Shown: positions 58,774 through 64,000 of the stretch, in pieces
Layout of the letters: each line of letters starts with the position of its first letter
Numbering within the stretch: the first letter of the stretch is position 1
From: Rubrivivax sp.
GTDB taxonomy: Bacteria > Pseudomonadota > Gammaproteobacteria > Burkholderiales > Burkholderiaceae_C
Length of the DNA: 64,000 nt
NCBI GenBank assembly: GCA_044374875.1
Contig: JBILNT010000001.1
Location: 2,214-66,213, forward strand
Direction: 5' to 3'
Position numbers and translations under genes: made by a program
Notes under the pieces: generated by a model
Told to the model about the DNA's origin: nothing
The model's database searches: none
Seen by the model: the letters and a program-made list of their open reading frames with translations, nothing else

Positions 58774-59776
58774 GGTCGGAGCCCGCCGTGGCGGCCGCGG
58801 AATCGGCGCGCCCGCCGCGATGGCCTGCGTGACCGGCCATCTCGCCCAGGGCAGCGGCGCACCGCACGAGGTAGAACCGGCGTCGCCGTGCTCCCAGGGA
58901 CGTGAGCGCACCGAACGCGTACCCGGCCAGCTTGCGGTAGAGGTAGAGGGGGACCTGCCCGTCATCGCGGGCCCGTGCGTGCGGGGCGTGCGGGGCGTGC
59001 GGGGCGTGCAGGCTGACCGCCGCCGCGCTGCGCTGGTAGGCCTTGCGCATCAGGTAACGCAGCGTGAGCCGCTGCAGGTCCACGTGGTGGTACTGCACGA
59101 TCCGTGGCTCGTACCAGAGGCGCTCGCCGGCGCGCAGCGCACGGAGCATGTACTCGGTGTCCTCGCCGCCGCCGAGGTCGTGCCCCTGCGGGCCGAGTTC
59201 CGTGCAGAAGGCCCCCAGCCGCCTGGCGGCGTCGGCCCGGATGACCTGATTGCCCCCGCCGGGGATGGGCCCCTCGCGGGTCAGTTCCCGGGGCGCGTCG
59301 CCGAAGTCCTGCCGCGGGATGGGCAGCGGGTAGACGCGATACGGTCCGGTGTCGTGGACCCACGCGGGTTCGCGGCCGTCCCAGTCGGGAAGGATGCGGC
59401 CGCACAGGAGGGTGGCCTCGGGGCGGTTCTCGATCGCCTGCGCGATCCGCACCAGGAAGTCGTGGCTCACGCGGTGGTCGTCGTCGACCACCGCCACCCA
59501 CCGGCCCTGCGCGTTCGCCATGCCCAGATTCAGCGCGTGCGACTTTCCAGGCGTGGGCTCGGCAAGCCAGCGCAGCGGCAACAGGCCGTCGACGGCCGGC
59601 CGCGACGCCCACTCGTCCAGCGTGGCGTGGGTCGCGTCGCGGCACGCATTGGCCACGACGAGGATCTCGACCGTCCCGTTGCGGGGGCGTTCGCAGCAGG
59701 ACAGGGACTCGAGCACCGCGTGGAGCAGCCGCGCGCGGTCATGCGTGCAGACGAGGATGGTCAGCAGCGGTTGCAC
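58766..59776 (-). CDS. GT2 glycosyltransferase
   Basis: ILVCTHDR, VANACRD, GKSHALN, VVDDD, GGEDTE. Confidence 0.9.
   Translation of the reverse strand: MQPLLTILVCTHDRARLLHAVLESLSCCERPRNGTVEILVVANACRDATHATLDEWASRPAVDGLLPLRWLAEPTPGKSHALNLGMANAQGRWVAVVDDDHRVSHDFLVRIAQAIENRPEATLLCGRILPDWDGREPAWVHDTGPYRVYPLPIPRQDFGDAPRELTREGPIPGGGNQVIRADAARRLGAFCTELGPQGHDLGGGEDTEYMLRALRAGERLWYEPRIVQYHHVDLQRLTLRYLMRKAYQRSAAAVSLHAPHAPHAPHARARDDGQVPLYLYRKLAGYAFGALTSLGARRRRFYLVRCAAALGEMAGHAGHRGGRADSAAATAGSDHA
58978..59009. repeat. 9-bp tandem repeat (CGTGCGGGG)x3
   Basis: Seen directly; encodes HAPHAPHAPH in the GT2 C-terminal part. Confidence 0.8.
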
Positions 59777-59779
59777 GGT

Positions 59780-60703
59780 TCAGCGCGCCCTGTAGAGGCC
59801 TTGCATCAGGCCCAGGAAGTGAAAGACCACGATCTCGCGGTTGAACGCCTCGTCGGCAGGACCCGACAGCCGGCTCCACAGCATCCGCCCGATGGCGCGT
59901 GCCAGTTGGGGGAAGAGGTACAGCGGGATGTTGAACAGGCGTCGTGCCCCCGGCGCCCCGCGGCTCTGGGCGATGTTGCGACTCGTCTGGAAGCGCCAGC
60001 GCCTGAAGTAGCGCTTGGTCAGGCGGAAGCTCTCCACCTTGTGGTGCACGCGCGAACCGCCGAGAAAGACGACCCGCAGGCCCGCCGCGAGGATGCGCTC
60101 GAACATCTCGCCGTCTTCCCCGCTGGCCAGCACCGCACCTTTCCTGCCCCTGTTCGTGTCGAACAGCCCGACCCGTTCGAAGACGGCGCGTCGAAATGCC
60201 ATGTTGGCACCGAAGGGTGCCGGGGTATCTGCGGTGATCGGGCAGTCGTCGTTGCGCTCGGTGCGCACGGCCAGGAACCCGTGAAATCGCTCCGTCAGCC
60301 ATGCCGGCGGAGGGCTCTCCCAGATCGGCCCGATCCAGCCGCCGCAGGCATCGGCGCCGTACCTGTCCAATCCCTCGAGCGTCTTGTGCAGCCAATCGGG
60401 CTCGGGCAGCACGTCGTCGTCGGTGAACAGGATGACCTCGCCGGTGCTGCACGCGATGCCGCGATTGCGCGCATGGGACAGGCCCTGCGCGCTTTCGAAC
60501 TCGTAACGCAGGCGCGGCCAGGCGCGCATGGCTTCTTCGACCACTGCCCGGGTGTGATGCGTGGAGTTGTTGTCGACGATCAGCACCTCCCAGTCCACGC
60601 CGGGTGGTTCGTGCAGCCGGCGCAAGGCCGCGAGCGTGTCGCGCAGGGAGTCGGCGCGGTTGTAGGTGCAGACGACGATGCTGGCTGTGCGTGTCGGAGT
60701 CAT
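59780..60703 (-). CDS. GT2 glycosyltransferase
   Basis: SIVVCTYNR, IVDNNST, GLSHARN, FTDDD, GANMAFRR, SGEDGE. Confidence 0.92.
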   Translation of the reverse strand: MTPTRTASIVVCTYNRADSLRDTLAALRRLHEPPGVDWEVLIVDNNSTHHTRAVVEEAMRAWPRLRYEFESAQGLSHARNRGIACSTGEVILFTDDDVLPEPDWLHKTLEGLDRYGADACGGWIGPIWESPPPAWLTERFHGFLAVRTERNDDCPITADTPAPFGANMAFRRAVFERVGLFDTNRGRKGAVLASGEDGEMFERILAAGLRVVFLGGSRVHHKVESFRLTKRYFRRWRFQTSRNIAQSRGAPGARRLFNIPLYLFPQLARAIGRMLWSRLSGPADEAFNREIVVFHFLGLMQGLYRAR

Positions 60704-60965
60704 CTCCGTCTCCTGCGTTCGAGGTCCGAGGTTCCGCTTGGGGGCCTGGGAACGGGTCGCACCGGATCGCTGCAGTCGCGATGCCGCCCGGATGGGAAGG
60801 CTCGTCGCGCACGGGCATCGTCCGGCCGGCATTGCGCAAGAGGACTGCGCTGAACCGCGGCTCGATGCGGGCGCTGGCAAGACCGACGAGGCCCTCCCCC
60901 CGTGCGGTGCGGTGGCTCGTCGAGGTGATCCACCCGTGAGCCTGCGGTCGAGCACGGCTGCCTCT

Positions 60966-62084
60966 TCACTTCGGATGCCTGGTTGGCCAGATGGCCTGGC
61001 GGCGCTTCGCGTGCACCCCCAGGAGAAGCTCGAGCAAGAGCTTGATGCCCTTCGGCCGGGGATCGAGTCGAATGGCGTCGATCACGAGCGCTCGCGCTTC
61101 CGCCGTGCGGCCTTCCGTGCTCAGCTGATAGGCGAGGTCGAAGTTCGACGCCGACAGAGCGTGCTTGATCTGCCTGTGCCACTTCGCCAGGGCGGGCAGG
61201 GTGTTCGTGCCGTCCAGCAGCTTCTGGAGTATGAGTCGGTTCTGCAAGCCGTGAGTGCGCTGCTGGGAGGGCTGCGACGAGTAGCCCTGGCCGTCGCAAC
61301 GCTGGAGATACAGTGCATCGTCGACGTAGCCGATGCGGGCGCAGACTGCCGCCGCGTAGCGTGCCCACTCCGAGTCACGCAGCGTACCGGTGATCGCCAG
61401 CTTGGCGGCTTCTTCGTCCGCGACCGCGGGGTCACCCATGTAGACACGCCAACGGGCCCGACTGATCGCGGTCCAGGTGGCCCGGCGGGTGAACACCCGC
61501 TGGAAGGCCACGGGTACGCGGTGCAGCAGCACGGGAAACAGCCGCTGGCCAAAGACGACCACCCCGTCGTCGCTGCGCTGCCCGGCGGCGGCGGCACAGA
61601 CCCTTTCCACTCCCGCCGGCTGCACTTCGTTGAAGTGCTCGCTGCGCTCGCCGAAGCCCTTCACGCCGAAGAACCAGGTCTGGACATCGGGATGCCGCGC
61701 CGCGGCTTGCCGCAAGCGCGACAGCGCGTTGCGGGCAAGCAGGTCGTCATCGTCGAGATGGACGACGAACCCTGCGGTCGCCGCCTCCACCCCTCGGTTG
61801 CGGCTGAATGCCAACCCCCTGGATGTGTCGTTGCGCAGCAGTCGCACCGTGCAGCCATGACGTGACCGCAGAGCCTGTTCGTCGACCGGCGGGTCCGAGG
61901 CGTCGTCGACGACGATGACTTCCGCGGGCGGTATCGACTGGGCCAGCGCGCTGTCGATCGCCTCGTCCAGCAGCGCTGGTCTGTTCCTGGTCGTGATGAC
62001 GACGGCGACCTCGGTCACGGCTGCTCCAGCGTCATCCTCGACCGGCACCTTCTCCGCTTGTTCCGGCGCTCGTTCAGCAGGCAT
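60966..62084 (-). CDS. GT2 glycosyltransferase with C-terminal TPR-like helix
   Basis: VVITTRNR, VVDDASD, SRNRG, HLDDDD. Confidence 0.85.
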   Translation of the reverse strand: MPAERAPEQAEKVPVEDDAGAAVTEVAVVITTRNRPALLDEAIDSALAQSIPPAEVIVVDDASDPPVDEQALRSRHGCTVRLLRNDTSRGLAFSRNRGVEAATAGFVVHLDDDDLLARNALSRLRQAAARHPDVQTWFFGVKGFGERSEHFNEVQPAGVERVCAAAAGQRSDDGVVVFGQRLFPVLLHRVPVAFQRVFTRRATWTAISRARWRVYMGDPAVADEEAAKLAITGTLRDSEWARYAAAVCARIGYVDDALYLQRCDGQGYSSQPSQQRTHGLQNRLILQKLLDGTNTLPALAKWHRQIKHALSASNFDLAYQLSTEGRTAEARALVIDAIRLDPRPKGIKLLLELLLGVHAKRRQAIWPTRHPK

Positions 62085-63009
62085 AGCCCAGTCTCCGTGC
62101 CAGGGGTTGCACTTCGCGCGCGAGCAGCCAGCGTTCCAGCCGGTTGACGCGCGCGCTCTGTCTTGCCGCCGTGCCCTCGACGCCGCGCACCTTGCGGCGC
62201 AGGACGGCGTGGTCCGTGGCGATGCCCATGTGGCTGTCGATCCGGGCCAGGGCAAGGCTGCCGGCGGCCAGATCCTCGTACTTGACCAGCATGGCGCCCA
62301 GCGCCTCGGCATCTCGAAGGAAGCCCTCCATCAGGAGCCGCCAGTGCTTCCCGAACGCCGCAGGCGTGAGCATCGGCCGGTCAGGGAACACGTCGTACCA
62401 GCCTCGGCCGAAGCTGCAATAGGAGCGGTAGGCTTCCAGAGGGTCCCGGTACAGAAGCAGGAACTTCGCGTTGGGGTAGAGCCAGCGCAGGTAGGCGGCG
62501 TGCTCCGTGGTGAGCCTCACCTCCTTGATGCCCCAGCGGGCGGCTCCTGCCCTGCGCGCGGGCTCGGCGAACATCGTGTCGAACAGGGCCCGCTGTCCCC
62601 GTCGCCAGTCTTCCAGTGCAGGAAACAGGTTGGCGATCCACTCGCCCGTGAGCTCGCCGGTCGGGCGCCCGTCGTAGAAATAGTCCTTCGGCGGCCACCC
62701 CTGACGGAACGCCCGCGCCGTGCCTGCCAGCGCCTGCACGAGGCCGCACTCGTCGTACGGCTCGCCCCAGATCAGCACGCCCGGGTCCGACATCAGCAGG
62801 CGCTGCAGCATGGTGGATCCCGAGCGCCAGCCTGCCGAGAGCAGGAAGATCGGCGAGTCATCGCCTTCGTCGGCAACGATCGACGGTGTTGCCTGCTGCA
62901 GCGCCAGGATGCCCTGGCGCACCGAAGGCTGGCGGGCCGACGCGCGCGCGTGGGCCTGTCGCGCGGCGAACGGGCCGCGAAATGCGTCGGAAAGCATCTG
63001 CCAGAGCAT
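62074..63009 (-). CDS. Sulfotransferase (PAPS-dependent)
   Basis: SAGWRSGSTMLQR, WGIKEVR, LYRDPLEAYRS, VKYEDL. Confidence 0.88.
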   Translation of the reverse strand: MLWQMLSDAFRGPFAARQAHARASARQPSVRQGILALQQATPSIVADEGDDSPIFLLSAGWRSGSTMLQRLLMSDPGVLIWGEPYDECGLVQALAGTARAFRQGWPPKDYFYDGRPTGELTGEWIANLFPALEDWRRGQRALFDTMFAEPARRAGAARWGIKEVRLTTEHAAYLRWLYPNAKFLLLYRDPLEAYRSYCSFGRGWYDVFPDRPMLTPAAFGKHWRLLMEGFLRDAEALGAMLVKYEDLAAGSLALARIDSHMGIATDHAVLRRKVRGVEGTAARQSARVNRLERWLLAREVQPLARRLGYAC

Positions 63010-63023
63010 GCGGGTGCGTCCTG

Positions 63024-64000
63024 TCAGGCGCCGTCCGGCGCCACGGTGCCCAGCGACTGCATCTGGGCGCGAAGTGCATCTCGGGCTGCACCGAAGCTGC
63101 TGCGGCCTTCACGGTAGTCGACCAGCACGCGGTGCACGGGTGGCCACAGGCGATCATGCAGGTGCCTCGAGGCAAGCTCCTGCTGCCACCGCGTCAGGCG
63201 CCACGAGCGCCCATCGGCAGCCCGATGCAGCCACCGCAGCCAGTTCGCCCGCAGCGCCGCCGGGTGGCGCAACAGCAGCGTGGCCATCGCCGTCACCACG
63301 CCGGCCTCGTCGAGCAGCCCGTTCTTGAACCGCACCAGGAAATCCGACGCCTTCACGTCGGCAAACCGCGAGTGGTACAGCGTCGCATCGTCACGCCGGA
63401 AGTAGTAGAGCGGCTCGCCGATGTGCGCGAAGCGGAACTGCCTCGAGGCGCGGATGAAGAAGTCGTAGTCCTCCACGAGGAAGAGCTCGGGGTCGTAGCC
63501 GCCCAGGGCATCGAACACGCGCCGCGCGTACAGGAAGCAGGCGCCCATGTGGTTGCCCTTCTCGAGCTGCACCGTGTCGGGCAGCTTGTCGTGCCGCGGA
63601 TCGCGGGGCCGCCCGTTGTCGTCGTCCTCGCTGAACAGCCAGTGGTCGGCCCAGACCAGGTCGCAGTCGCCGCGGGCCAGGCGCTCGACCATCGCCTCGA
63701 TCGCGCGCTCGGCGTAGAGGTTGTCGTCCGAGGTCCAGGTCAGGTAGTCGCCGCGCGCCAGCGCGTGCCCGCGGTTGAGTGCCCGCGGCAGCTTCAGGTT
63801 CGGCTCGTTGCGCACGTAGCGGATGCGCGGGTCGGTGAAGCCGGCCACCACCTGGGGCGTGTCGTCGGGCGAGTTGTCGTCGACGACGATGAGCTCCCAG
63901 TCCGGGCAGGTCTGCGCCTGCACGCTGCGAATCGCCATGGGCAGCAGGTGCGCGCGCTTGTAGGTGGGCAGCACGATGCTGACCCGTGGCGGTGGGGTCT
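63024..64000 (-). CDS. GT2 glycosyltransferase (start beyond the window end)
   Basis: Frame is open to the edge: ...PRVSIVLPTYKR, VVDDNSPD, LPRALNRG, WTSDDN, VEDYDF. Confidence 0.9.
   Translation of the reverse strand, partial: TPPPRVSIVLPTYKRAHLLPMAIRSVQAQTCPDWELIVVDDNSPDDTPQVVAGFTDPRIRYVRNEPNLKLPRALNRGHALARGDYLTWTSDDNLYAERAIEAMVERLARGDCDLVWADHWLFSEDDDNGRPRDPRHDKLPDTVQLEKGNHMGACFLYARRVFDALGGYDPELFLVEDYDFFIRASRQFRFAHIGEPLYYFRRDDATLYHSRFADVKASDFLVRFKNGLLDEAGVVTAMATLLLRHPAALRANWLRWLHRAADGRSWRLTRWQQELASRHLHDRLWPPVHRVLVDYREGRSSFGAARDALRAQMQSLGTVAPDGA

Overview
High-GC DNA, probably from a betaproteobacterium (Burkholderiales, Rubrivivax/Ideonella-like; inferred from gene content and codon style). 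After a NarL-type two-component pair and phoH-ybeY, almost the whole window (about 4.1-64 kb) is one large exosortase A (XrtA)/PEP-CTERM plus exopolysaccharide locus of the floc-forming type. It holds prsK-prsR-prsT, a priming sugar transferase, a PepA-like PEP-CTERM protein with a consensus sigma-54 promoter and enhancer box, Wza/Wzc-type export, xrtA, a deacetylase, FemAB, two asparagine-synthetase homologues, many GT4/GT2 enzymes and three sulfotransferases. Two embedded modules are the least explained. (1) A RiPP-like cassette at 5.1-9.3 kb: protease, a twin-arginine secreted protein followed by a hairpin, a PqqD/RRE protein, an HprK-related kinase and a nucleotidyltransferase. (2) A five-gene small-molecule operon at 17.6-22.6 kb: ThiF plus nitroreductase (a split OxzB-like pair), a GMC oxidoreductase, an E2/CAT-fold protein lacking its catalytic His, and an SRPBCC protein. 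A PIN toxin-antitoxin pair sits between two 187-bp copies of a glycosyltransferase 5' end, and there is a REP-like palindrome. No rRNA, tRNA, CRISPR array or intact transposase was seen. Family assignments come from motif recognition by eye, not from database searches.
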